NCBI GenBank assembly: GCA_947467605.1
Contig: CANIII010000003.1
Span: 74,154 to 138,153 of the forward strand
Direction: 5' to 3'
DNA from: Acidobacteriota bacterium
GTDB taxonomy: Bacteria > Acidobacteriota > Vicinamibacteria > Vicinamibacterales > SCN-69-37
Length of the DNA: 64,000 nt
Positions 50,988-59,558 of the stretch are shown piece by piece. Made by a program: the position numbers and the translations under genes. The notes under the pieces were generated by a model. That model had not been told where the DNA came from. It did not search any database and saw only the letters and a program-made list of their open reading frames with translations. Every line of letters begins with the position of its first letter. Position 1 is the stretch's first letter.

Positions 50988-52433
50988 TCAGTCGAACGTG
51001 CCGTCGAGTTCCCAGTTGTTGGTCAGGCGATTGCGGCTCACGCGGATAAGGCGGCCGTCTTTGAGTTCCAGATCCCAGGCATCGCGATCCCAGGCCGCAC
51101 CATCACGACGCCACCACCGCCCAGATGATCGCCAGGGCCCAGCCTTCGCGACGATCTCAAGCGACGCCATGCGAATCGCTGACGGCCGCCGCAACCGCCG
51201 CAGTATGCGAATTTCACGAACCTCTGGAACCTCCGAACCACCCTCACGCCCCCCACGAACCCCACGAACCTCGCGAACCACAAAGCGTTCCTGCCCAATC
51301 TCCCTTTCATCGCTCGTGTCCTTGATCTGCGGTGCCCCAACCTTCGTTTCTCCCATGAGCGCGCCGAGCCGGGCCACGAGCGTCGCCAGCGACTCGGGCG
51401 TCGGCAGCGTGCGCACAAACAGCGCGCCTTGCACGATGCGCCCCGGCGACACTTCAACTTCAAGCTCAACGGCATCAATGCCGGAACTTTCAATGGAGGT
51501 GTCACCGTTGCCTGATTGGACCGGATGTGATTCGAGGTCGAGCAAAATCAGCGTGCGCAGGACTTTCGGTTCCCGCATCGCGGCCGGCAGATGCAGCGTG
51601 CGTTCAAATCCCGCTTTCGACACCAGCGCCAATCGCGTGGTGATGGATACTGCGCCGCGGTCGGCCTGCTCGAGTTGCTTCGAGAGCGACTCACACAAGC
51701 GCGCGAGCACAAACGACAGCGGCTCAAGACCCGAGATCGGCCATTCGAGTGCCAACCGCTCGACAAATCGGCGCGGGGTTTCGCCGGGCACCATCGGCTC
51801 GCGGTCCTGCCCCAGTGCCACTTCGTGCATGCGCGTGCCGATGTCGCCAAACCGCGCGCGCAGTTCTGCACGTGGCAACGCCGCCACGGCGCCCAGTGTG
51901 CGAATCCCCCACCGTGACAGCGTTGTCAATATCTGCACGTGTGCTTTGGTGTAGCCCGTGTTGTGCTCTCGCAACGGGGATGGCGCCGCGCGAAAATTCT
52001 TTCCCCTCGCGACCCGCTGATGTCGCACGTCCTCCGCCATGGGCGCCAGATCGCGCACCGTCAGCAACGCCTCCACTGGCAAGTCGGCCACCGCGTCGGC
52101 GTCGTGCCCAGGTCGTGCCACGGTCACGGGGGCGAGACGATGTTTCGCGAGGAGCCAGGCGGTTGTGGTGGCCCCCGCCACGGCCACGCGCAACGCGAGC
52201 CGTCGCTCCGCCGCAATCCGCTGCACTTCATGCGCGATGTGATCCGCTGTCCCGAACATTCTCGCGAGCCCATCAGCGTCGAATATGACGCCGGAGTCCC
52301 CTCCGGCAATGATTCCTGCATCGCCGTATCGCTCCACACGCGGTGAACAGAGGCGTGCGATGTCTTCCAATGCGTCAATGGTCGCGGCCACTGTGCCGTT
52401 CACACCATCCGAGCTGACGAGCGCGCACTTCAT
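50988..52433 (-). CDS. imuB: Y-family polymerase-like protein ImuB
   Basis: Y-family-like fold without obvious catalytic acidic triad; size (481 aa); position between imuA and dnaE2; ATGA overlap with imuA. Confidence 0.8.
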   Translation of the reverse strand: MKCALVSSDGVNGTVAATIDALEDIARLCSPRVERYGDAGIIAGGDSGVIFDADGLARMFGTADHIAHEVQRIAAERRLALRVAVAGATTTAWLLAKHRLAPVTVARPGHDADAVADLPVEALLTVRDLAPMAEDVRHQRVARGKNFRAAPSPLREHNTGYTKAHVQILTTLSRWGIRTLGAVAALPRAELRARFGDIGTRMHEVALGQDREPMVPGETPRRFVERLALEWPISGLEPLSFVLARLCESLSKQLEQADRGAVSITTRLALVSKAGFERTLHLPAAMREPKVLRTLILLDLESHPVQSGNGDTSIESSGIDAVELEVEVSPGRIVQGALFVRTLPTPESLATLVARLGALMGETKVGAPQIKDTSDEREIGQERFVVREVRGVRGGREGGSEVPEVREIRILRRLRRPSAIRMASLEIVAKAGPWRSSGRWWRRDGAAWDRDAWDLELKDGRLIRVSRNRLTNNWELDGTFD

Positions 52434-53158
52434 AGCCGGATCTCCACATGGCCAATCTCACGCGCGGAGGTGATCGATGCGTGCACGAACAGCCCCTCAA
52501 ACCGTCGTCGCTGTGCGCTGTCACCAGTCCAACGAGCGCGCGCGGTCAGCCGCACCGACCATCCACGTGGGCTCCGCGCCATCGGCGCATCGGCCATCAG
52601 TAAACACACCGTGTCGCGTCCTTCATTCGCATGCGCGAGCCGGAGCCATGACGATGCAGGGATGCGCTGGACGGCGGTGATGGGGACATCGGCGAGGTCG
52701 AGCGCGATCACGCCAAAACCACCGGCGCGCACGATGAGGTCGGCGGCGCGCAAGGATCGCCGGATGATGGCATCCGCAGAATCGCTCGCGCGTGTGGCGC
52801 GTGCATCCGGCGCCATCGCGACACTGGGGCCGCGCACCCACAGCACCCGTGTCACATCCACGCCGGCGGCCGCGGCCATCGCCGGATCAAATCGATCAAT
52901 GCTGTCGATGAGCCCCACGACTTCGCCGCGGCTGGTGGCAGCGGCCAGGGTGGCCACCAGCACGCTGGTGCGCCCAGACGACGCCGGACCGGTGATTTCG
53001 GAGAGCTCGCCGCGCCGCCATCCCCCTCTGAGAGCCTCATCGAGCGCAGCAATCCCGGTGGACGCGGTGGCCGGGACCAGCTCTGGTCGGGCTAATGTGC
53101 CGTCAAGGTTGCGGGCGCGGAGCAGGCCCTCGATGTGTTGAATTGCTTGGGAAACCAT
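52430..53158 (-). CDS. imuA: translesion synthesis-associated RecA/SulA-like protein ImuA
   Basis: TGIAALDEALRGGWRRGELSEITGPASSGRTS RecA-like P-loop remnant, typical of ImuA; 242 aa; first gene of the cassette. Confidence 0.75.
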   Translation of the reverse strand: MVSQAIQHIEGLLRARNLDGTLARPELVPATASTGIAALDEALRGGWRRGELSEITGPASSGRTSVLVATLAAATSRGEVVGLIDSIDRFDPAMAAAAGVDVTRVLWVRGPSVAMAPDARATRASDSADAIIRRSLRAADLIVRAGGFGVIALDLADVPITAVQRIPASSWLRLAHANEGRDTVCLLMADAPMARSPRGWSVRLTARARWTGDSAQRRRFEGLFVHASITSAREIGHVEIRL

Positions 53159-53163
53159 CTCGT

Positions 53164-53178
53164 TTTCGCTTTACTTTC
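53164..53178 (-). promoter_or_regulatory. direct repeat GCGAAA-N5-GCGAAA (plus strand TTTC-N7-TTTC), candidate LexA/SOS operator
   Basis: Minus strand reads TATAGTaggcGAAAgtaaagcGAAAacgagATG. 11-bp-phased direct repeat between -10 and start codon. Resembles the GTTC-N7-GTTC direct-repeat LexA box known from Alphaproteobacteria and Acidobacterium capsulatum. Confidence 0.35.
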
Positions 53179-53182
53179 GCCT

Positions 53183-53211
53183 ACTATAGCGCCGAGAAGC
53201 ATCACCGACAA
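53183..53211 (-). promoter_or_regulatory. sigma70-like promoter TTGTCG-17-TATAGT of imuA-imuB-dnaE2
   Basis: Minus strand reads cctgTTGTCGgtgatgcttctcggcgcTATAGT. 24 nt from the -10 to the ATG. Confidence 0.5.
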
Positions 53212-53229
53212 CAGGTAAGATGATGCGTC

Positions 53230-54504
53230 GTGACGGAATCCTCGCCTCCAGCCGCCGATCCCCAATCTCCGTGGTGGCATCGGGTGGCGGTGGCCCTGAC
53301 CCACCGGAACTTTCGCCTGCTCTGGTTTGCCGCCCTGGGCTCCACGATCGGCACGTGGATGCAGCAATACGCGCAGGGCTTGCTTGTCTTTGAGCTGACC
53401 AAATCCAGCTTCTACCTCGGTCTGGATGGCGCGCTCGCGCAGCTCCCCATCCTGATGTTCATGCTGATCGGCGGCGTGGTCGCTGATCGCTACGATCGGC
53501 GCAAGCTCCTCACCGGCTCCCAATACGTGCAGGCGTTCTCGGCCTTCACGCTGGCGCTACTCGTGATGACCGGCCACATCGCCATCTGGCATGTGCTCAC
53601 GATGTCGTTCATCACTGGCTGTGGTCAGGCCTTCGGTGGCCCGGCGTATCAGTCGCTGATTCCGACGCTCGTGCCGCGCGAGCATCTGCCGAATGCGATT
53701 GCGCTCAACTCGACGCAGTTCAATCTCTCGCGCGTACTCGGCCCGCTCATGGGCACGGGCGTGCTGCTGAGCCTTGGCACGGCGGCCTGCTTCGGCATCA
53801 ACGGCATCTCGTACTTCCTCGTCGTCTTTGCGCTGGCCTCGCTGCATGTGCCGCCGCATCCGCCGTCAACACCCGGTCAGCACAAGCCGATCCTCGAAGA
53901 TCTCGGCACCGGCCTCAGACATGTGCGCGACAGCCGGGTCACGCTCACCCTCACGGTGCTGGCTGGCATCTCAACATTTCTGGCGATGCCGGTATTTACA
54001 CTGCTCCCGGCATTTGCCAACAGCGTGTTTGCCGATGGCCCCGGCACGGCGGCGACGCGTTTGGCCACATTGCAGGCCTGTCAGGGTTTTGGTGCGATCG
54101 CCGGCGCGCTCACCGTGGGCACGGCCGGGCGATTCAAAGGCATGGGCCGCATGCTGCTGGCCGCTCAGGCCATGCTCGGTCTCGTGATCCTCTCGTTTTC
54201 GCTCACGCACTACTGGTGGCTCAACTGCGCGATGATCTTCATCACGGGTCTGCTGTCGATGACCGTGTTCTCCATCAGCTTCTCCATCGTGCAGCTTGCA
54301 GTCCCCGATATGCTGCGCGGACGCGTGATCAGCGTTTACATGGTGGCCGCGCGTGGCGGTGGTCCGCTCGGCGGTCTGGTGACCGGTGCGATGGCCGATG
54401 CGCTCACGGCACCGCGCGCGCTCGCCATCAATGGCGGTCTTCTGGTGTGCGTGGCCCTGGGCGTACTGCTCAGCGGACGTGGGCGCGCGGTCCGGGAACT
54501 CTAG
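53230..54504 (+). CDS. MFS transporter (EntS/MFS_3-like)
   Basis: 12 TM helices; GGVVADRYDRRKLL loop motif; GTG start preceded by TAAGAT 8 nt upstream. Confidence 0.85.
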   Translation: MTESSPPAADPQSPWWHRVAVALTHRNFRLLWFAALGSTIGTWMQQYAQGLLVFELTKSSFYLGLDGALAQLPILMFMLIGGVVADRYDRRKLLTGSQYVQAFSAFTLALLVMTGHIAIWHVLTMSFITGCGQAFGGPAYQSLIPTLVPREHLPNAIALNSTQFNLSRVLGPLMGTGVLLSLGTAACFGINGISYFLVVFALASLHVPPHPPSTPGQHKPILEDLGTGLRHVRDSRVTLTLTVLAGISTFLAMPVFTLLPAFANSVFADGPGTAATRLATLQACQGFGAIAGALTVGTAGRFKGMGRMLLAAQAMLGLVILSFSLTHYWWLNCAMIFITGLLSMTVFSISFSIVQLAVPDMLRGRVISVYMVAARGGGPLGGLVTGAMADALTAPRALAINGGLLVCVALGVLLSGRGRAVREL

Positions 54505-54508
54505 CCGC

Positions 54509-55261
54509 ATGGCCCGCATCCTCGTCGTCGAAGACCACGCCGATATCGCGGAACTGATCAGCCACTATCTGCTCAAGGCCGGGCATGTCCCGGAAATCAT
54601 CACCAACGGCACGGCCGTCGTGCCGCGCCTCATTGAAGCCCCTGCGGATCTCGTGTTGTTGGATGTGATGCTGCCCGGCATGGACGGATTGCTCGTGTGC
54701 CAGGCGATTCGGCAGGAGCCCAGAACCGCCGCAACACCGATCGTGATGCTGACAGCAAAGGGCGAGGAAACCGATCGCGTGCGCGGACTCGAGCTCGGTG
54801 CCGACGACTACGTCACCAAACCGTTCAGCCCCAAAGAACTGGTCGCGCGCGTGGCCGCACATCTGCGACGTTCCGCGTTCGCCACGGCTTCTGCGGACAA
54901 GGCGGAACGATCGGGGGCACCTGAACAGGTCGGCCTCCGCACACACGCCGATGCGCGTATCACCGGCATCATCAGCTATGGCCCCATCACGATCGACGTC
55001 GAGCGGCACCGCATCAGCGACAACGGCGCGGACGTGCGGCTCACGGCGAAAGAGTTTCTGCTGCTGCGTTACCTGATCGAACATCGCGGCCGGGTGCTCT
55101 CGCGCGATCTGCTGCTCACCGACGTGTGGGGCTACAACTACACGGGCGGCACGCGCACCGTCGATGTGCACGTGCGACGGATTCGCGAAAAACTGCCGAT
55201 CCTGACGCGCGCGATCACGACCATTAAACAGTTCGGCTACAGGCTCGAAGAATCGCTGTGA
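54509..55261 (+). CDS. OmpR/PhoB family response regulator
   Basis: [27 protein letters not shown] receiver domain and winged-helix C-terminus ([14 protein letters not shown]). ORF-track start 54386 trimmed. Begins 4 nt after the MFS stop. Confidence 0.9.
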   Translation: MARILVVEDHADIAELISHYLLKAGHVPEIITNGTAVVPRLIEAPADLVLLDVMLPGMDGLLVCQAIRQEPRTAATPIVMLTAKGEETDRVRGLELGADDYVTKPFSPKELVARVAAHLRRSAFATASADKAERSGAPEQVGLRTHADARITGIISYGPITIDVERHRISDNGADVRLTAKEFLLLRYLIEHRGRVLSRDLLLTDVWGYNYTGGTRTVDVHVRRIREKLPILTRAITTIKQFGYRLEESL

Positions 55262-56997
55262 CCTTCCGGACGCGCATCTTTCTCGCGGCGTTCATCACCA
55301 CGGCCCTGTCACTCACGGTGTCGACCGTGCTCGTCTCGAGCGAATTGCGTCGCGGATTTCGCGCAGACATCGAGCACACGCTGATGCAGCACGCGCGGCT
55401 CGCGGCGGAGCTCCTGTCGGATCGCACCACGGTGACGGATCCTGAGTCCGAAGCGCAGCAACTCGGCCAACACATCGATGCCCGGGTGACCTTCATTGAT
55501 GCGACCGGACAGGTGCTGGGCGACTCCGACGTCACACGCGACCGATTGCCGGGCGTCGAGAACCACAACGCGCGCCCCGAAGTGATCGACGCGCGTGCCG
55601 GCGGCAGCGGTACGGCGACACGACCCTCAAACACGACCGGCGTCGAAACGACGTACGCGGCCGTCGCCGTGCGCAACAGCCCGGTCTCGATCGTCCGCGT
55701 GGCGCTGCCCCTCACCGTCGTCGACGAACGCGTGCGCGGCATTCAGCAACTCGCGGCCGTCGGGCTCGGGATGGCACTCGTGATCGCCGCGGGTCTCGCG
55801 TGGGGCATCTCGATCCTGCTCAGCGGGCGTCTCCGCCGCATCGCCGACACCGCCGGCCGCTACGCGCGTGGTGATGTGTCACGACCCAGTTTTGAATACG
55901 GACAAGACGAAATCGGCACCGTGGCGCGGGTGCTCGACACCTCGGTGCGCGAACTCGGCAAACGCCTCGAAGAGATGACGAGCGAGCGCGCACAACTGGC
56001 CGGCATTCTCACCGGCATGTTCGAGGGCGTCGTCCTCGTCGATCAGGACCGCCGACTCGTGCTCACCAACGACGCGGCGCGACAGATGCTGCAACTGCCC
56101 GCGGACGCGATCGGACGCGCGTACAAAGACGTCATGGTGGATCCCGACGTCATGTCGATGCTGTCGTCGGCGCTCACAGGGCAACCGACGGCGCCTCGGG
56201 AAATCCGCCTCGAACATTCGCCGAACGGCGCGTTTATTGCCAACGTCGTGCGCGTCGAGCACACGCCATCGGGCGGCGCGGTGCTCGTGCTCCACGACAT
56301 CACGGAACTCCGCAAACTTGATCGCATCCGGCGCGACTTCGTCGCGAACGTATCGCATGAACTGCGCACGCCACTCACGGCCGTGCGCGGTTACGTGGAA
56401 GCGCTCATGGAAGCGCCGCCTCCAGATGACGCAGACCGCCGCCGTTTTCTGGAAATCATTGCGCGCCACACACTGCGGATGGAACGGCTTGTGCGCGATC
56501 TGCTTCGCCTCGCACGCCTCGACGCCGGTCAGGAACTACTCGAACGGACGCCCGTCCCCATCGAACACGTCCTCAGCGATGTCGAAACCGAGATGTCCGA
56601 CGCGCTCGATCATAAACGCCAGCGGATCGTGCACGCCATCACGGACGACGCGGAGGTGGTCAACGCCGACCCCGCAAAGCTGCACGACGTGTTGCGCAAC
56701 CTGATCGAGAACGCCATTAACTATGGCCCGGAGGATTCGGAGATCGAGGTCTGCGCCTCGCGCGCGAATGGCGCCACCACGATCACCGTGGCCGACCGTG
56801 GACCTGGTATCCCGACGTCGGACCTGCCACGCGTGTTCGAGCGCTTCTATCGTGTCGATCGCTCACGCACGCGCGATCCCGGTGGCACGGGGCTTGGCCT
56901 CGCGATTGTTCGGCATCTGGTGGAATTACACGATGGCACGGTCTCGGCCGCACGCCGCGATGGCGGCGGGACGATCGTGACAATCACGCTGAGGTAA
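55258..56997 (+). CDS. sensor histidine kinase (PhoR-like: TM-sensor-HAMP-PAS-HisKA-HATPase)
   Basis: H-box [18 protein letters not shown]; N/G boxes ([26 protein letters not shown]). GTGA overlap with the response regulator. Confidence 0.88.
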   Translation: MTFRTRIFLAAFITTALSLTVSTVLVSSELRRGFRADIEHTLMQHARLAAELLSDRTTVTDPESEAQQLGQHIDARVTFIDATGQVLGDSDVTRDRLPGVENHNARPEVIDARAGGSGTATRPSNTTGVETTYAAVAVRNSPVSIVRVALPLTVVDERVRGIQQLAAVGLGMALVIAAGLAWGISILLSGRLRRIADTAGRYARGDVSRPSFEYGQDEIGTVARVLDTSVRELGKRLEEMTSERAQLAGILTGMFEGVVLVDQDRRLVLTNDAARQMLQLPADAIGRAYKDVMVDPDVMSMLSSALTGQPTAPREIRLEHSPNGAFIANVVRVEHTPSGGAVLVLHDITELRKLDRIRRDFVANVSHELRTPLTAVRGYVEALMEAPPPDDADRRRFLEIIARHTLRMERLVRDLLRLARLDAGQELLERTPVPIEHVLSDVETEMSDALDHKRQRIVHAITDDAEVVNADPAKLHDVLRNLIENAINYGPEDSEIEVCASRANGATTITVADRGPGIPTSDLPRVFERFYRVDRSRTRDPGGTGLGLAIVRHLVELHDGTVSAARRDGGGTIVTITLR

Positions 56998-57000
56998 TCG

Positions 57001-57055
57001 AGAAAGAGCCCGCAGACATCGGCCGGCCTGGCTCGTCAAGGCCGGCGCGCTTTCT
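57001..57055. terminator. bidirectional hairpin between convergent kinase and Pit genes
   Basis: Outer stem agaaagagc/gcgctttct and inner stem ggccggcc-N11-ggccggc. Overlaps the pit stop codon. Confidence 0.55.
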
Positions 57056-58055
57056 AGATAAACAATCGAACGATATAGAAGCTGATCGCGCCGATAGTCG
57101 CCGCCGCGGGAATCGTCAGAACCCAGGCCCAGACGATCTGGCCGGCAATGCCCCAGCGCACGGCCGACAACCGGCGCGTCGCGCCAACGCCGACAATCGC
57201 GCCCGTGATCGTGTGCGTGGTGCTGATGCCCACACCGAGCGCCGTCGCGATGTAGATCGCGGCCGCCGCGCCTGTCTCCGCAGCGAATCCACTTTCCGGT
57301 CGCAGCCGCGTAATCTTCGAACCCATCGTCTTGATGATGCGCCAGCCGCCGCTGAGCGTGCCAAGGCCGATCGCGGTATACGACATGATCTCGACCCACG
57401 ACGGCACTTCGAAAGTATGGAGGTAGCCGCCAGTCACGAGGGCGCCGGTGATGATGCCCATCGTCTTCTGCGCATCATTCGCGCCGTGCATCAGGCTGTA
57501 GGCGGCGGCGGACATCAGCTGCAGCCGCCGGAACCAGCGGTCGACGCGCATCGGTGTCGTATCGCGGCACAACCAGTAGATCGAGGTCATGACCAGCAGA
57601 CCGACGAGCATGCCGATCATCGGCGCGATAACGATGAAGATCAACGTCTTGGTCCAGCCAGACGCGATGATCGCGACAAAGCCCGCCTTGGCGACCGCGG
57701 CGCCGCCGTAGCCGCCGAACAACGCGTGCGACGAACTGGTCGGCAGACCGAAGTACCACGTGATCAGGTTCCAGATGATCGCGCCAATCAGCCCGGCCAG
57801 GATCACGCTGAACGTGACGACCTGCAGGTCCACCATGCCCTTGCCGACCGTCTTCGCGACGCCGGTGCCGAAAATCGCGACGGCGGCGAAGTTGAAGAAT
57901 GCCGCCCACAGCACGGCCTGCCCCGGCGTCAGCACCCGGGTCGTCACGACGGTGGCGATCGAATTGGCCGCGTCGTGAAATCCGTTGATGTAGTCGAAGA
58001 TCAGCGCAACGACGATGATCACAACCATCGTCACAAAGCCGGGTTCGAAATGCAT
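57054..58055 (-). CDS. inorganic phosphate transporter, PiT family
   Basis: IFDYINGFHDAANSIATVV and HGANDAQKTMGII duplicated PHO4 signatures. Confidence 0.92.
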   Translation of the reverse strand: MHFEPGFVTMVVIIVVALIFDYINGFHDAANSIATVVTTRVLTPGQAVLWAAFFNFAAVAIFGTGVAKTVGKGMVDLQVVTFSVILAGLIGAIIWNLITWYFGLPTSSSHALFGGYGGAAVAKAGFVAIIASGWTKTLIFIVIAPMIGMLVGLLVMTSIYWLCRDTTPMRVDRWFRRLQLMSAAAYSLMHGANDAQKTMGIITGALVTGGYLHTFEVPSWVEIMSYTAIGLGTLSGGWRIIKTMGSKITRLRPESGFAAETGAAAAIYIATALGVGISTTHTITGAIVGVGATRRLSAVRWGIAGQIVWAWVLTIPAAATIGAISFYIVRLFI

Positions 58056-58058
58056 GGC

Positions 58059-58682
58059 TTAGCTGTACTTCACGACGATGCTCTCGATGACGTTGGCAAC
58101 GTCTTCGCAGGCATCCGTGATCATCTCGAGCTGGTCGAGCAGTTCTTTCCACTTCATCAACTGGATGGCGTCGGTCACCGTCTCGAACAGGTGCTCGATC
58201 GCCTCCGCGTAGTACCGGTCCGCTTCGTTCTCGAGGCGGTTGATCTCGACAGCGTAGGGCTGCACCGGCTTCTCAGCGGCGAGCGCGTCGATCGCGCTGT
58301 ACATCGAGGCGGCCGAGGCCGACACGGTGTGCGCGAGCTCGCGCGCACCCTTCGGCAATTCGCGGATCTTGTACATCCGAATGAGCGACGCCACATGGTC
58401 GATCGCGTCCATGACGTCGTCCATCTCGGTGGCGAGCGCGTAGAGGTCTTCGCGATCGAACGGCGTCACGAAGGTGCGATGGAGACGCTGAATCGTGTCG
58501 TGCGTAAAGGTGTCGCAGCGGTGTTCCGCGTCGCGAATGGCGTCGACCTTGGAGGTGTCGAGCGGTGTGGACGCCAGCATCGTCTCCAGATCTACCGCCG
58601 CCTTGCGGATCTCGGTAGCGGTGCTGCGAAACAGGTCGAAAAACTGCTCATCTCGGGGGATCAGTCGGAACTTGAAGGCCAC
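58059..58682 (-). CDS. DUF47 family protein (PhoU-like partner of PiT transporters)
   Basis: 207 aa helical protein MAFKFRLIPRDEQFFDLF.. directly upstream of pit (3-nt gap). GTG start. Confidence 0.88.
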   Translation of the reverse strand: MAFKFRLIPRDEQFFDLFRSTATEIRKAAVDLETMLASTPLDTSKVDAIRDAEHRCDTFTHDTIQRLHRTFVTPFDREDLYALATEMDDVMDAIDHVASLIRMYKIRELPKGARELAHTVSASAASMYSAIDALAAEKPVQPYAVEINRLENEADRYYAEAIEHLFETVTDAIQLMKWKELLDQLEMITDACEDVANVIESIVVKYS

Positions 58683-58718
58683 AGGCGTCTCTCTCTTTCG
58701 CGCGTTCTACGGGGAGGA

Positions 58719-58737
58719 GTTTACACTGTCGTTACAT
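58719..58737 (+). promoter_or_regulatory. Pho-box-like tandem repeat GTTTACAC-TGTC-GTTACAT (TTACA repeats in 11-bp phase)
   Basis: Matches the site at 62180-62196 (reverse complement GTTTACACGGTTGTTAC) at 15 of 17 positions. Lies in the divergent DUF47-pit / response regulator intergenic region. Confidence 0.45.
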
Positions 58738-58760
58738 GGTCTGACGCGGCCGGGCACGTA

Positions 58761-58789
58761 TGTAACCGAGAATTAACGCGAGCGTTACC
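58761..58789 (-). promoter_or_regulatory. three further 11-bp-phased repeats on the minus strand (GTAAC-N6-GTTAA-N6-GTTACA)
   Basis: Plus strand reads tgtaaccgagaattaacgcgagcgttacc. Opposite orientation to the 58719 site. Confidence 0.35.
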
Positions 58790-58821
58790 GGCGGGCAATC
58801 CCTGGGGCCTACCGTGCTTAT

Positions 58822-59517
58822 GTGACCAGCGCATCTCGCATCCTTGTTGTTGAAGACGAAGCAGACATCGCCGGTCTCATCAAACATGCCCTTGAACGGG
58901 CCGGACACAGCGACGTCCAGGTGGTTGGTTCAGGCGACGCCGCGCTGAAGGCCGTCGCCGAGCAGCCGCCGGCGCTGGTGATCCTCGACCTGAACCTGCC
59001 GATCGTGAGCGGCACGGACGTGTGCCGGCTCCTCCGTGCCCAGTCTGAGACCGCCCGCCTCCCCATCATCATGTTGACGGCACGCACAGGCGAATCGGAG
59101 CGGATCGCCGGGCTCGATCTGGGCGCCGACGACTACATCACCAAGCCGTTCAGCTTGCGGGAGCTCGCAGCCCGCGTTCGCGCCGTCCTCCGGCGGGGTC
59201 CCCGTTCAGCGGAAGCGACACCCGTGGTCTATCGCGGCGCACACCTCACCGCAGATTTCGATGCCGTGTCGGTACAGGCCGAGGGGCGCGAGGTGCGGCT
59301 CACGCGGCGCGAATTCGAGCTGCTCAAGTGCCTGGTCGAGAACCGGAACCGCGTGCTCTCACGCGATCGCCTGCTCCAGCGTGTCTGGGGCTACGACCGC
59401 GAGATTGAAACGCGGTCGGTCGATGTGCACGTCGGCCGCCTCCGGTCGAAGCTCGGCGCCGCGGTCGGCGCGCAGATCGAAACGGTGGTCGGGCTCGGCT
59501 ATCGTTTTGTCGAATAG
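58822..59517 (+). CDS. OmpR/PhoB family response regulator (orphan, no adjacent kinase)
   Basis: SRILVVEDEADI..ALVILDLNLPIVSG receiver domain and winged-helix output (RSVDVHVGRLRSKL). GTG start. Confidence 0.9.
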   Translation: MTSASRILVVEDEADIAGLIKHALERAGHSDVQVVGSGDAALKAVAEQPPALVILDLNLPIVSGTDVCRLLRAQSETARLPIIMLTARTGESERIAGLDLGADDYITKPFSLRELAARVRAVLRRGPRSAEATPVVYRGAHLTADFDAVSVQAEGREVRLTRREFELLKCLVENRNRVLSRDRLLQRVWGYDREIETRSVDVHVGRLRSKLGAAVGAQIETVVGLGYRFVE

Positions 59518-59545
59518 CCCTTCCTGTCCGATGCGCTTTCGCGCA

Positions 59546-59551
59546 TAGAAT
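59546..59551 (+). promoter_or_regulatory. putative -10 box TAGAAT 7 nt upstream of the glgC ATG, fused to a 16-bp palindrome ATGCGCTTTCGCGCAT (59531-59546)
   Basis: ccgATGCGCtttcGCGCATAGAATtgcctcgATG. No SD. Confidence 0.4.
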
Positions 59552-59558
59552 TGCCTCG

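Noticed and set aside
53159-53229. Canonical LexA boxes (CTGT-N8-ACAG, GAAC-N4-GTTC, exact GTTC-N7-GTTC) upstream of imuA
   Set aside because: None is present in the 71-bp spacer. Only the TTTC-N7-TTTC direct repeat is there, reported separately as a low-confidence candidate.
57213-58853. 546-aa plus-strand ORF spanning pit and DUF47
   Set aside because: Antisense to two well-supported genes and crosses their intergenic gap. Arg/Asp/His-rich shadow ORF.
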